64,000 bases of DNA, from positions 5,386,543-5,450,542 of the forward strand of contig CAVNZM010000016.1 in NCBI GenBank assembly GCA_963693365.1. The letters run 5' to 3'. Below are positions 41,619 to 57,452 of this stretch, piece by piece; position 1 is the stretch's first letter; every line of letters begins with the position of its first letter. The notes under the pieces were generated by a model. That model saw nothing but the letters and a program-made list of their open reading frames with translations. It had not been told where the DNA came from and did no database searches. The stretch comes from Amoebidium appalachense. Taxonomy: Eukaryota; Protista; Ichthyosporea. Made by a program: the position numbers and the translations under genes.

Positions 41619-42323
41619 GGGGGGTTTGAATGCGGAACACGGCACGAAGTACGCATACACGACGAGAAGCATGGTGCAGGACACATGCAAAGGCAAACGG
41701 GGGGGGGGGGATGTATGCGTTAGAGGGTTGGAAATATGGCAGAGACAACAAAAAGCGATAACAAAAACGCCACAAAAATAAGAAACCCAGAATCAAACAA
41801 TTTAAGCATGCACGCAGAAGACACTTGAACAGAGCCCATCATAGGGGGGGAGGGGGGAGGTCATGTCAGCAATCCCGCCTACATACATGAAAACAGACTA
41901 TTTTGAACGAGATGGGAAAAGATGAGCCAACATACAAAAACGGCATATGTCAGGGGACGGACGGGAGGGGAGGGGGAGGGGGGGGGGGGGGGGGGGGGGA
42001 TGCAGAGGTTAATCTGCACAAAAACGCTCTGTGCAATGTTCATAAAATATCTTAATATGCAGGCAAGGTTCCTATTGTTCCCTCCCACCCTCCCTCTACT
42101 CCCTCTGTCTCTCCCCCCTTCTCTCCCCCCCTCCCCCCCCCCCCTCCCTCCCTCCCTCTCACACACTCACTCACACACACACACACGCTCCCTCCCTCCC
42201 TCTCCCTCTCTTCCCCCACCTCTTCCTTTACTTCCTTTTCTTCTTCCTACTACTCTCCTCTCTCACTTGCTCTCACACACTCTCTCTCTTTTTTGTGTGT
42301 CTGTGGGCTGGTTGGTCGGGTGT

Positions 42324-42369
<46 letters not shown>

Positions 42370-43390
42370 GTTGAATGTGTCATTGAAAAAATACACATAC
42401 GCAATGGACAATAAATAACAGAGTGCAACCCACACATAACAAGTATGCATAATAAGCAGATTAATCCTCGGGGGGGGGGGGGAGGGGGGGGGGGGGGGGG
42501 GGAGGGGTTGAATGCGTCAAAAAGTACGAAGTACACAAGAACAAACGGATAACACGATGCAGAATGCAAGCCATACATAAAGAGTATGCAGGGGGGGATA
42601 TATACCGGACACACGCCGCAGGGAGTCTTTGTGAATCCATTTGATGGGGGGGTAGCATCGGTGGCTCGGTAAAGGCTCGTGCCTGCACAGTGTCAAATTA
42701 GGAACGAAACCCCGGTGGCAATCGGCAGAGATGAAGGACAGAAAAAGCAGAGAAAAAGAAGCTTTGTTATTACGGGACAAATCTTTGTCCCTCTCTTCCT
42801 CCTTCTCTCCCTCTCTCCCTCCCTCCCTCCCTCCCTGCCTGCCTCCCTCCCTCCCTTTGCCCACAAGCAGTTCTGGACGTATTGAACCTGCATATAAATG
42901 GCCTCCACAAAGGCCAAGGACATTGGATGTGTGTGTATGTGTTTGTGTTTGGGGAGAAGATGGCAAGGGACGGGGGAGAGCAGGGAGGGGGGAGGGGGGG
43001 GGGGGAGGGGGAGGGAGGGGGGGAAGGGGGATATACCCAGGGGGATTGGTGCGCCGGTGGAGTCCCTAGTGGGGGTGATAGTGGTGCCCGAGGTAGCTAG
43101 CTCGACCTTACCGTCATAGACCAGTGTGTTGAGTAGACACTCCACATCCTCCTCTTGGAGCTGGTGTGCTAGCGTCAGTAGATTATACTATAATCTATTT
43201 CGTTGTGTTATATTTTTATGTTATGTTAAATGCTATAAGCCATAGTTTATAGCAATCATATGCTAGTGTTCATTAATAAACTATCTCATGTTATTGACGG
43301 GAGGAGGAGGAGGAAACGGGTTGAAGAGGAAGGGGAGGGGGAAGAAGTGAGTGAGAGCGCAGGGGGGGAGGGGAGGGGGAGGGTGTGCGT

Positions 43391-43447
<57 letters not shown>

Positions 43448-43702
43448 ATACCGACACGTTACTGATTCCCGACCTGCTGATGTGTGTGTGGACCTCCCTT
43501 GCAGTCACATACGAGTTGCGCCATCGGTCGGTCGTGTGTCGGGCCTGCGCTTCCATAGCCTGAATGAATGTGCCAAGGAAAGCGGAGAGAAGCGTTAGAA
43601 GAAAGAACGGAAAGCTTGAAAGAAATAGGGAAAACTTCGAAATAAAAAAAAACTTTCTTTTCGAACGAATTTAGAAAGAATGAGTTTTCTTTCTTTTTCT
43701 TT

Positions 43703-43742
<40 letters not shown>

Positions 43743-44001
43743 CCTCAAGGAAGAAGGGCGGCGGCGAGCGGGGGGGCTGGGGGGGGGGATATTGGATGGG
43801 GAGATAGACAGCAACAAAGAGACAAGCCAGAGGGATGACAGAGACCCAACAACACCCAAAGAAATGCCGAGGCAAGCGTAACAAAGCCAATCAAAGACTG
43901 GGTTCGGGTTGTGATTATTTAACCTGCTATGTGTGGTTCTCAACTCCTTTAAGTATTTAGATGCAGCAATCCCCCCAAAAGAGAACATGAGGGGGCAGGG
44001 G

Positions 44002-44032
<31 letters not shown>

Positions 44033-47000
44033 TTTGAATGCAGAACACGGTACGAAGTACACAAACACGATGAGAAGCATGGTGCAGGACACATGCAAAG
44101 GCAAACATTCAAGACGCAACATCAGCAACGCGCACAGTGTGCGTCATAAGCAGAGCCCTCTAATATCAGGACGATACGGCCATTTTAACAACACGAGGGC
44201 AACCGAACAGGGGGTCCTGGTGTGTGTGTGCGTGCATTTGCGCTTGCGCGCCGTGCGTGTGTGTTTGTTGTTGTTTTTGTCTGTTTTTTCCTTCTTTTTG
44301 CCCGGGGCGGGGGGGGGGGATACAATGGCCCCAACACGTACCCTAGCCCTGATAAAGGACGTGCATGTCTCCAGCAGCACCTGCACAAAGTCCTCATCAA
44401 ACTCACTCTCGCTGTACCACGCACCCCCAGTCAGCGACCTATCTGGCTCAAGCTCAAACTTCATGTACAGCTTCTTCTTCGACGCCTGTACGTGTGTGTG
44501 TGTGTGTGTGTGTGTGTTGGAGGGCGGGGGGTTGGGGGAGGGAGGGGAGGGGGAGGGGGGGGGGGAGAGAGGATGAGGGGAGGGGAGGGGAGGAGGGAGG
44601 GGGGGAGAGGGGGGGGGGGGGGGGGGGAGGGGGGGAGGGGGAGAGGGAAGAGGGTGTGTGTGTGTGTGGAGGTGGAGGGGGGGGGGGGGGGGGGAGTGTG
44701 TTGTGCGTGTGTGTGTGTGTGTATGTGCGTGTGTGTATTGGCGGCAAATATGTGTGGGGGGAGGGAGAGGGGAAGGAGGGGTTAGCATGTGTTGCAGAAT
44801 ACAAAATACACATTCACAACGACACAAAGCAATGCAGATTGCAAAACACACGTATCCTGGGGTAGTGAGGGGCGGGAGGTTGAGTGGAATGGTGGGTGGG
44901 TGGGTGGGCATATGGGAGGTGAGAGTGTGAGGGGAATTTATGGGGGTGCACGTGCCTGCGCTAAAAGGGAGGGGAGGGGGAGGGGGGAGGGGGGAGGGGG
45001 GAGATGGCTGTAGTAGGAAATAGAAGGTGACAAGTGTGTCTATTGCACTGCGCGCCTCCCTCGAGCTCCTAAAATAACATATGAAACACGCAGCACATTA
45101 TAGCCCTTTCCTGGTTGAGAGATGGGCAAAAGTGTTTAAACACTTCCATCACATACCCCCCCCTCCCCCCCCCCCCTCCCCGTTTGGTCGGATCTATCTA
45201 ACATGTATTCGTGCATGATGGTGAGGGGGGAGGATCACGCACTGAATCACAAATGAAAAACATTTCGTATCAATTTCCGAAGTATACACTGTCACAGAAC
45301 ACGATGGGTTCCTTTTTAGTCATTAATCAATATTAGAATATACCTACGGATTGGACACAAAGAACAAGACACACTATTTGAGTTATTTGTAACACATTTG
45401 TGCCTAAAATGTATGTGTGTGCCTGCAATGTGTCTGGTTATGTGCGTGTGTCTGTGCAGGGGGAGGATGGGGGGGAGGGGCGGGGGGAAAGGGGATGAGG
45501 GGGGGAGGGGGAGGGTGGAGGAGGGGAGGGGGGGGGGGGGGGGGGGGGGTTTGAATGCGTCAAAAAGTACGAAGTACACAAGAACAAACGGATAACACGA
45601 TGCAGAATGCAAGCCATACATAAAGAGTATGCATAATAAGCAGAGCCCATCCTCAGGGGGGGCCCACGTCATCCACAGTACCCGAGTTTCGACCTATTCC
45701 CCTCGTTAACGAAACCCAACTCAGATACTGTTTCACTTGAACATGAGTAGGTCACCCGTCGGGGGGGGGGGGGGGAGTAACATACCACCACTGACTTGAC
45801 TGCCTTGACGATTTGCCTATTTTCCAAATTCTGTTGGGGAACAGATAACGTGTCAGTACGGCATGTAACACCAGGACACATAACGTGGGAAAAAGGGTGT
45901 GAGGGGCCGGGAGGGACGGGAGTTGATGGTGGTGGTGAGGAGAGGGGTAAATACGGGGTGGTTTTGTGGGGCACGCAGGGGGGAGGGGAAGGGGGGAGGG
46001 GAGGGGGGGGGGGAGCGGATTTGAATACGCCATAAAGTACGACGTACACATTCACAAAGGACAACACAATGCAGAGTGCAAGCCAAACATTTTAAGTATG
46101 CATAGCAAGCAGAGCCCATACCCAGGGGAGGGCCACGTCATCCACAGTACCCACGAGTGGCTGGGGGAGAGGGGGTGGGGGGGGGGGTTGGGGGGAGGGG
46201 AGGGAGGCTTGACAAAACAAGAACATTGCCCAGAAACACCCAAAAATGCGGGCGGCAGACACCTAGATACAGCCCATTGGTGGGAGGTGTGTGTGTGTGC
46301 GGCTGGTGTGTGTTTGTGTGTGTGTGTGTGTGTGTGTTTGTGCATGTGTGTGTGTGTGGGGGGGGGGGGGGGGGGGCGCTTGCGGTCTTTGTGTGCCTTT
46401 GTTGTGTGTGTTTGCGTGTGTGCTGTGTGCGTGGTGTGTGTGTGTGTGCGACTGTGTGTGTGTTGTGTGTGTGCGTGCGTGTGTGTGTGTGTGTGTGTTG
46501 GTGGTGAGGGGGAGTGACTTCTGCTTGCCGGTGTGTGGGAGTTTTTCCAACCATTTCGGAAACTCACCTTTAGAATTTTGTTCATTTGTGTCTGCTGTAG
46601 GTTGGCCTTATATCGTAGATCCCTTGTCCAGATGCCTGTGTCCCAAAAAAAAAGAAAAAAAAAAAAGGGGGGGGGGGGGGCGGGGGAGGGGGGAGAGGTG
46701 GGGCAAGGTCAATAAGACCTGCAATTTCTTTGCTTTGCGCGCGCAATCACGCACACACGCATGCACACACACCTGAATGGTTGTTGCTAGCGGGTATCCA
46801 GCGTGATGTGTAAATGTGTGTCTATTTGCAGCATTGCTGCTGTGTTTGAGTGGGTGTGCGTGTTTGTGAGTGTGTGCGTGTGTGCAGGTGCATGTGCGTG
46901 TTTTAAGTGTGTGTGTGTGTGTGCCTGTGTGCGTGTGTGCGTTCGTGTGTTCGGGTGTGCGTCTGTTGGTGTGTGTATGTGTGCGTGCGTGCACTTGCCC

Positions 47001-49171
47001 ATGTGTGTGTGCGATATGCAAGCAGGATTGGGGGAGTGAATCAGTTGGGTGTGCACTTGGTTTTGACATAAGCATATGTGCTTGCGGGTGTGTGTGCTCA
47101 GTGTGAATGCACACAGCATACATGCATCGACGTATAGTGAGGTTTACCCACCCATGTTTCCAGCCTCGTCAATAAACTGATACACCAGTCTCTCTTCCTT
47201 GCTGAGCCCTTGAATTCTGCATCCAAAAAAACCCGAGTTAGCCCTGGTTGCTTCAATAATGTGTGTGCCTGTTAACTCCGAACACTAAACATTTATGGTG
47301 CCGGAGCAATAGGATCTAATGAGGAGAAAACAACCGCAGAGAAAAATTTCCAAGAAACCGAAATTTCGGGTTATATCGTTAGTTTGTTACCCAGACATAT
47401 CCGATTTCCCACTTGAAATTCCAACACAACACAGACGCCGCTACAGACATAGGAATGCACGTTAACCTACACGTGATTAAAACAGACACCGCATGCAGTG
47501 AGAGACTAACAGCTAGGCCAGAGCCGAGGGAGGAAGGGGGAGGGTTTTTTTTTTGGTTTTTTTTTTTTGTTTTTTTTTTTGTTTTGTTTTTTTTTTTTTG
47601 TGGGGGGGGGGGGGGGGGGGGGGTTGAATGCGGAACACGGTACGAAGTACGCATACACGATGAGAAGCATGGTGCAGGACACATGCAAAGGCAAACATTC
47701 AAGTATGCAACATCAGCCATGCGCACAGTATGCGTCATAAGCAGAGCCCATCCTCAGGGAGGGCCCAAGTCATCAATTGCGTCTGAGTTTCAACCCCTTA
47801 GCGGGGTATATACGACTCTCCAACTCAGACAGCAGCATCAACTAAACTTGGGAGGGTCAACCCGTCTTGATCAAAGACGAGCAGGGTTGCTTATGCAAGC
47901 AAGGTGAGCAAAACGGTGAAGATGTGTGTGCAAACTAATGCAGTGCAGCGAAAATGTGTATGTGCTTACAGATGCACGACACAGAGCAACCATGCCCTGT
48001 TGCATGGAAGTAAAGCGGGGTAGTGATATGCCACACATTACGAAGTACTAAATTTACAGGAAACAGACAATGCAGACGTGCATGACCACACAAGGAGTTT
48101 GGAGCATAAGCAAAACTATCCTCGGGGGCAGTTCAGACCTCTGAAACCTGTCCCCCCCCACCCCCCTCCTCCCCTCCAAACACACACACATACCCTTCCA
48201 TTTTTGTGGTTGTGTGTGTGTTGTGTGGTACTTGTCAGCATGCCGAAAAAGGTGTGTGTGCGGAAGGGGAGAGGGGGAGGGGGGAGGGGGGAGGGGGGGG
48301 GAGGGGGGGAGGGGGGGGGGGGGGTAGAATGTGTGCAGTGTGTGACACAAGCAGAACCTATCCTCAGTTTGGGGGAGGAGGGGGAGCAAACGAAAAGAGG
48401 GGAGACGACTGGACGAAAAGTAACAGTCAAGTGAGAAGATGTAAATGGCATAGGAATGTGTGCAAGGGGAGCAGAAGGACAGAAGGGGGGGAGAAGGGAC
48501 GGAGAGGGGGAGGGAGGGAGAGGGGACCCCCGGGGGGAGGGGGGGGGGGGGGGGGAAGGAAGGGCGAGGGGAGAGTTGTGAGGGAGGGGTAGAGAATATG
48601 TTACAGAGTACGAAGCACCCATTCAGGATGAATGACGCAAAGACCCGGGAGTCGGGGTGGGCGTGGGTGTGTGTGTGTGGTGGTGGTGGTGAAGGGGGGG
48701 GGGGGGGGGGGGGGGGGGAGTATATTACGGATCTGGGGCCGTAGTTGCATGGAAGACCAACGAGCCATTTTTTTCCATACGCAGTTGCACCTTACCCTGT
48801 ATGTGTGTGTGTGGGGGGGGGGGGGGGGGGGGAAGGGGGGTTAGAACACGTTACAGAGTACGAAATACACATGGGCGGGTGGAGGGGAGGTGTGTGGGTG
48901 GGTGGGTGGGGGGGGGTTGTTGGAGGGACACACGCACATAAACACACATGAGCTGAGTATATTGTAAAAGCCCTTCACATGAGCTGAGTATATTGTAAAA
49001 GCCCTTCACATGAGCTGAGTATATTGTAAAAGACCTTAGGTTGAGGCCGACCTTCACAGGTGACTGTATAGGTGTTGCCCTTGCGCTGAGTAATACCACT
49101 CAACCCTGAAAAAAGATTGAAGGCTAAATTGAGAGTGGGAGTATAATTGCTTTAAATCAATGGAAAGGGAT

Positions 49172-49205
<34 letters not shown>

Positions 49206-52141
49206 GAATACAAATCCAACGGTTGACCTGTGTTCCCCCCCCCCCCCCCCCCCCCTTCCCCCTCAAAAGATTCTTGTAAAACACGAGTACACACCGACAC
49301 GCACAGCTACAAGCGGCAACGAGCCTCCTTAGTCAATCAAATTACTAAAACTACATCTGTGCATGCTGTGAAAGAAGGGAAGAGAAGGGGGGGAGGGGGA
49401 GGGGGGGGGGGGGGGGGGACTACTCTCATTAGAATTGATGTTTGACGAATCCTGAATATGCAACATGCGACCCCGCTAATCACAGTACCATCACGGAGAT
49501 TTACAGATAAAATGGGATACACACTATATGCCGAATCAGCAAAATTTAAGCTATAAAAAAACTTCAAAAACCTAATGTTCAAATTATCCAATCGGTGTGG
49601 TGCACACCTTATCCACTAGTGCCTGTAGCGCTGTCATGCGCTCCTGCTGTGTTGTGTCTGGAAGCTGAATCCCAAGCTCTGTTTGCTTCACCCCCTGCAA
49701 AAGCGAAAAAGGAAGGGAAAAAAGGAGAAAAAACAAAAATTGGTGTTAGTCATCGGTACAAGAAGAGATAGCTGATTACGGTTTGAAAGTAAATTTAGTG
49801 CAGCAAACATATCTTCAATAAATTAAGTGAGCTTTTGCATAGAAACAGAGAGAGGCAAAAGGTTAACGCCCCTTTGTTCAAAGAACATATTCCAGCAGCC
49901 ATCAAACGGTGTGTCGGACCTTATAGCTAATCAACCCTTTTCTTCAAAAAAAAAAAAAAAAAAAAAAACACCTTTCGGGCTTGAGACGGAAGCGAATCTG
50001 AACCCCCCCCTCCCCCCTTCCCCTTTACTTTCCCTCCCTTACTCCCTGCCCCCCTCTTCCTTATGCTCTCCCTCCTCTCTCCCTCCCTCTCTCCCTCCCT
50101 TCCTCCCTCCCTCCCTCCCTCCCTCCCTTCCTCCCTCCCCCCCCTCCCCCTCCCCCCCTCCCCCCCCCCTCCCCCTCCCCCTCCCTCTCTCCCTCTCCTT
50201 CTCCCTCTCTCTCTCTCCCCCTCCCCCTCCCTCTCCCTCTCCCTCTCCCTCTCTCTCTCTCCCTCTCCCTCTCTCTCTCTCTCCCCCCCCCCCCCTCTCT
50301 CTCTCTCTCTCCCCTCTCTCTCTCTCCCTCCCTCAATCCATCCATCCCTCCCTCCCTCCCTCCCTCCCTTCCTCTCCCTCTCTCCCTCCCACTCTCTGTG
50401 TGTGTGTGTGTATGTGTCTCCCTTTCTCCCTCCCTCTTTCTGCCCCCCCCCCCCCCCCCCCCCCCCGTCTCTTTTCCCTTCCCCGCCGTCCCCTCCCCCT
50501 CTCCCCCTCCCCATTCTCCTCCTCCCCTCTCCCCCCCCCCCTAACCCTTCCCTCCCTCTTCCTTACCTGCACTACATCACTCACGCTCTCTCTCTCCTTC
50601 AACACCCCCTCCTTCCCTCTCTCCCTCCCTTCAACCCCCCTCCCTCCCTCTCCCTCCCTCCCTCCCTCCCTTTCTCCCTCCCTCTCTCTCTCTCTCTTAC
50701 TGCCCCCCTCCCCTTCCTAACCTTTCCCACGACTTCTTTCTTCTGCCCTTGCCCTTTCTCTTCCTTCCACCTTCCCTTCTCATCCCAAACACCACCCCCG
50801 CCCCCATACTTCATCTCCTCCACCACCCCCCCCCCTCTCCCTCCCCGCCAACTGCCCCTCATAAAGCAATAAAAGGAACAGCGTAAGGGGTGGTGGAAGC
50901 AAAGGGATGCCGGAAGGGGGAAGGGGGGGTAAGAGGGGGGGGGGGGGGGGGGGGGGTTGAATGCGGAACACAGTACGAAGTACGCATACACGATGAGAAG
51001 CATGGTGCAGGACACATGCAAAGGCAAACATTCAAGTATGCAACATCAGCCATGTGCACAGTATGCGTCATAAGCAGAGCCCATCCTCAGGGAGGGCCCA
51101 AGTCATCAATTGCGTCTGAGTTTCGACCCCTTAGCCCGCGTATATACGACGCTCCAACTCAGACAGCAGCATCAACTGAACTTGGGAGGGTCAACCCGTC
51201 TTGATCAAAGACGAGCAGGGTTGCTTATGCAAGCAAGGTGAGCAAAACGGTGAAGATGTGTGTGCAAACTAATGCAGTGCAGCGAAAAACGCGCATGTGC
51301 TTACAGATGCACGACACAGAGCAACCATGCCCGGTTGCATGGAAGTAAGGGGGGGGGGGGGGGGGGGGGGGGGGGGAGCGGGGCGGGGGGGGGAGGGTAA
51401 GGAGGCAAGGATGGCAAGAACAATTGGAAAGAAGACGAGGGAGGAGGTGAAGAAGGGGGAGGGATGGGGGGGACGAGAGTGATGACAAAAGAAAGTGACA
51501 GGTGGAAAAGGGGGGAGGGAAGGAGAGGGGGGGAGGGGGGGAGAGGGGAGAGGGGGGGAGAGGGGGGGGGGGGGGGGGAGGGGGGTGAGGGGGGGGGGAA
51601 GGGGGGGGGGGGGGGGGGGGAGAGAGAGAGAGAGAAAGGGGGAGAGAGGGGGAGAGAGAGAGGGGGGGGGGGGGGGAGAGGGGGGAGGGGGGGAGGGGGG
51701 GGAAGGGGAGAGAGAGAGAGAGAGAGAGAAAGAGAAAGGGAGAGAGAGAGGGAGAGGGAGAGAGAGAGAGAGAGAGGGAGAGGGGAAGAGAGAGAGAGAG
51801 AGTGAGACAAGAGAGAGAGAGAGAGAAACCAGAAGGCATAGCAGGGCTGAGAGAAACACTTGAACAGGATTTGTCGGTGATGGCAGGTGAGCGTGAGTGT
51901 GTGCAAATAACACACGCGCTAGCGGGAAAATGTAATTGCTGCATACAGCTGCCGGGGCGAAAAAGAAAGGATTCAAGTGAGCGAGCACACAGGGTGGTGG
52001 CAAAGGGGGGACGTGGTACACGCTGTAAAACAAGCAAAGGTTAAAAGGTTTGTGTTTTGGATTTGTACATGGGCATAGAGGAAACTTCACCTCCTGGGAG
52101 GACTTCAGCAAAGCGTATATCTGCTCTTCAAGGTCCCCCAT
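41195..52141 (-). CDS. POLR3F: DNA-directed RNA polymerase III subunit RPC6 (C34/RPC39), 304 aa, 11 exons
   Basis: Phase-consistent GT-AG exons 52141-52091, 49694-49608, 48796-48729, 47216-47152, 46635-46568, 45830-45786, 44485-44342, 43559-43452, 43160-43037, 42682-42606, 41272-41195. Motifs 'EAGNMGIWTRDLR', 'KAVKSVVASKKKLYMKFELEPDRSLTGGAWY', 'LNTLVYDGKVE', 'PCGVCPVFELC..ISPTTCVYMKEWL'. Confidence 0.97.
41626..41843 (-). mobile_element. Tandem pair of truncated poly-C elements (B 41626-41698, C 41714-41843)
   Basis: Two 3'-end fragments separated by a G-run. Confidence 0.75.
42371..42590 (-). mobile_element. Tandem pair of truncated poly-C elements (degenerate A 42371-42469, A 42508-42590)
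   Basis: Both begin TTGAATG after a G-run; the second matches the 13209 and 45551 copies. Confidence 0.75.
44034..44160 (-). mobile_element. Poly-C-inserted short element, subfamily B, 5'-truncated
   Basis: TTGAATGCAGAACACGGTACGAAG...CATAAGCAGAGCCC after a G-run. Confidence 0.75.
45551..45760 (-). mobile_element. Poly-C-inserted short element, subfamily A, with the structured RNA domain
   Basis: Essentially identical to the reverse complement of 61821-62032; G-runs on both sides. Confidence 0.85.
46021..46152 (-). mobile_element. Diverged A-like poly-C element, 5'-truncated
   Basis: TTGAATACGCCATAAAGTACGACG...AAGCAGAGCCCATACCCAGGGGAGGGCCACGTCATCCACAGTACCC. Confidence 0.65.
47624..48016 (-). 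mobile_element. Poly-C-inserted short element, subfamily B, full-length, abutting an older degenerate copy (about 48020-48128)
   Basis: Near-identical to 4239-4631 and 50957-51348. Confidence 0.85.
48945..49037. repeat. 31-bp tandem repeat x3 (cacatgagctgagtatattgtaaaagccctt)
   Basis: Three adjacent near-perfect units in POLR3F intron 2. Confidence 0.9.
50957..51348 (-). mobile_element. Poly-C-inserted short element, subfamily B, full-length, best-preserved RNA motif
   Basis: G-runs on both sides; near-identical to two other copies. Confidence 0.85.
51077..51192 (-). ncRNA. Candidate structured RNA: rearranged hammerhead core plus kink-turn (subfamily B)
   Basis: Minus strand GACCCU-CCCAAGUU-cagu-UGAU-GCUGCUGUCUGAGUU-GGAG..GGGGUC-GAAACUCAGACGCAAU-UGAU-GACUUGGG-cc-CUCC-CUGAGGA-UG-GGCUC; helices covary with subfamily A. 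Confidence 0.5.
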
Positions 52142-52401
52142 GGTCGCTTGGTGTTGAGGTGCTACAAATTATTAATAATAGTTTGTAACGGAGATAAATG
52201 CGATTTGTTTGTGGTTCAATGAGAAATGAACAACTTTTCTCTGTGGTGCTAGGGCTGTGGAAAGCAATTAAACGAAAAACGACCTCCTATTGCTCCATTA
52301 TCCCTTATGCTAATGCTAGTCCCTTCTGTATATATATAATATAGAACAAACTCAGGCAGACATACAATTGTACAGAGGCATGCACGTGCATACAGAAATG
52401 A

Positions 52402-55018
<2,617 letters not shown>

Positions 55019-56910
55019 CTGGGTGCACAAATGTATGTGTTCTCATTGACAACCCAACTCTTGGAGGTCGAATCATGATATATAAAAGCATGCGTAGCCG
55101 GATTATACCATGGGTTCTGTATTAGCTTAATACTGACTCATAATATCACAGATAGGGAGGAAACTAGCACGGTATTATGATTAGTGAGGCTAATATGTTA
55201 AGTATCATACGGTATAAGGCATCAGAATCCGGCCACAAGAGGCATTGCGCACTACAGTAGGCCCTAGAGACGCGCAGTCGAAATGCTGGGCCAGATAAAG
55301 TTAGTTATTATATCGAAGGGGACCTGTGGGGCCGGAGGGGAGGGGGGAGGGAGGGGGGAGAGAGGGGAGGGAGGGGGGGAGGGGGGGGGGGGGAAGACTT
55401 GCAGGCGCTGGCGCTTCATTGAATTGTTTGCGAGCTCGGGGGCGCATGCGCAGGGTGGGGAAGGAAGGGGGGGGCTCGAGGGAGGGAGGGGGAGGGGAAG
55501 GGGGGAGGAGGGGAGGGGGGCACCACATACATATCCTCATAATGGTTCGTGTCAGACATCTTCAAGATAATGTTGCAGAGCTCCTTCCCCCTTTCCAAAA
55601 AAAAAAAAAAGAAAAAAAAAAAAAGCCCTAGGATTTCGAGGTGTATAGGTCATAAAACATTCCAAGCACGTTCCCTTGAGAAATCCTCAGCTGTGACTGT
55701 GGAAAGTGATCATCTTTTTCTGCACGGTGCCTCTTTATGTACTGACGTTTTTGCACGACGTAGCAACTACAGTCGTTGGATATCATGGAACAGGGACTTC
55801 AAGGAGAGTTTTAATTTTCCGTGTGTTAACTCTGAATTTAGTGCAATGGAGGTATTAACCACGCTGGCCGTAAAACATTGTGCTCGGTTTAAAGTCACAC
55901 TGAAAGTTTGCCACTCCACTGTCACCTTGCTGTAACATCAGCTGACCTTAGTGCTAGCTTGCTGCTGTCAAACAAGAACATGACAGAAGAGCCCAAAGGG
56001 TTGGGCCCGGGGATAAGCGCTTTTGTACATATCACGATGCTAATTAGCTAGTTTTTGTTATTATTTTTTACGTCGTGTGGACTGAATCATACATCCTACT
56101 AAACTTGAAGCGCCTGGCCTGGGTAGTATATGTAATACTATTAGAATACAAAGGCTTCCTACCGAAAAGAAGGCCATTGCAGTCCGTCGTCTTGTGTGAG
56201 TGATACACGTCCCAGTTGTGGTGCGCTGTCACAATACTACTGTAACATATATAGTAGGCTATGCCATTGCGAGGTAACGTGGTCACTGTATAACTGTTTC
56301 TGGTGCAGGCGAAATCACACAGCTGCCTGCAGTTCACGGTGCACGCTGTCAGGGCCGGAGGCTCACTTGCGCTTCAAGTGCACGTCGTTACAGTCGGCGT
56401 CCACGAATAAGAGACTCCCTCCACGGGGGGTAACGCTAAAGTATCTTATTCTCAAATATGAGAAAATGACGTCACTTTATATTATATTATGACGCCATAT
56501 GATTGTCCCCCCAACTTTGGTAGCGCAGTCTTTTATTCGCGGACGCCGACTGTACCGTTGCACACATTTACATGTACATGCAGCTTACACACGCGTTGGC
56601 ACAGCAAGAGGATCCAGTTGTATCATGATGTGAAACGAAAAGGAATGCACATGCGTAATTGAGGAAATACATATTGACGTTCCCCTTAGTGCTTACCCCC
56701 TCTCCCGCCTCGGGGGGTACCGGGGGGAGGGGGGGGAAGGGGGGGGAAAGGGGGGGGGAGGGGAGGGGGGGGGGGGGGGGGGGGGGGCGGGGAGGAGGGT
56801 TGCACCTGCTCGCTGGGTTGATTGGTGGATCCTCCGTCCCCCCCCCCCCCCCCCCCCCCTCGCCCGGCCCCCCCTTTCTCTCGAAGGTAACCGCAGCCCG
56901 GGATGGGTGT

Positions 56911-56941
<31 letters not shown>

Positions 56942-57050
56942 TGCTCCTCCTCCTCCTCCTCCCCCTCCCCCTCCCTCCCCACCCCCCCCCACCCCCCTCC
57001 CACCCCCACGCCCCGGATGTGGAGGAACCAACCTGGGCCGGTCGGGTGGT

Positions 57051-57095
<45 letters not shown>

Positions 57096-57452
57096 CCTTC
57101 GCACGCAGCATAATCGTCCATAGATCCATTACTATTTCATGATGAAATATCATCATGGCAGCAGTATTGTGGTGCTCACCGTGCGCGCAGCCGGCCTCGT
57201 GTGTGTGTGTGTGGGGCCGGGGAGAATGTGTGTGTGTACACAATATTAATGTCATGTGGTATGGGTGAGACAGTGTATCTGCATGTACATGTGCAGGTGG
57301 GCATCACTGGTTTGCGCACCAAGCCGTGTACTTGTGGGAACTAGTTGTGTGTCCCGGGTACGAGTGACATACGTGTGAAAGTGTGCACTGCACGGTGCCT
57401 GTGCGTGTGTGTGCGCGCGCTGTCCCCCCCTCGGGGGGGTGCATGACCGTTA

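Noticed and set aside
51121-51150. HDV-like ribozyme suggested by GGCUAAGGG (J4/2-like)
   Set aside because: No P3/P1.1 could be built, and subfamily A lacks the catalytic C at the equivalent position.
51095-51192. Canonical functional SECIS for the host genes
   Set aside because: Copies are intronic, lack the apical AA, and the assembled host exons show no in-frame UGA; kept only as a K-turn-like motif.
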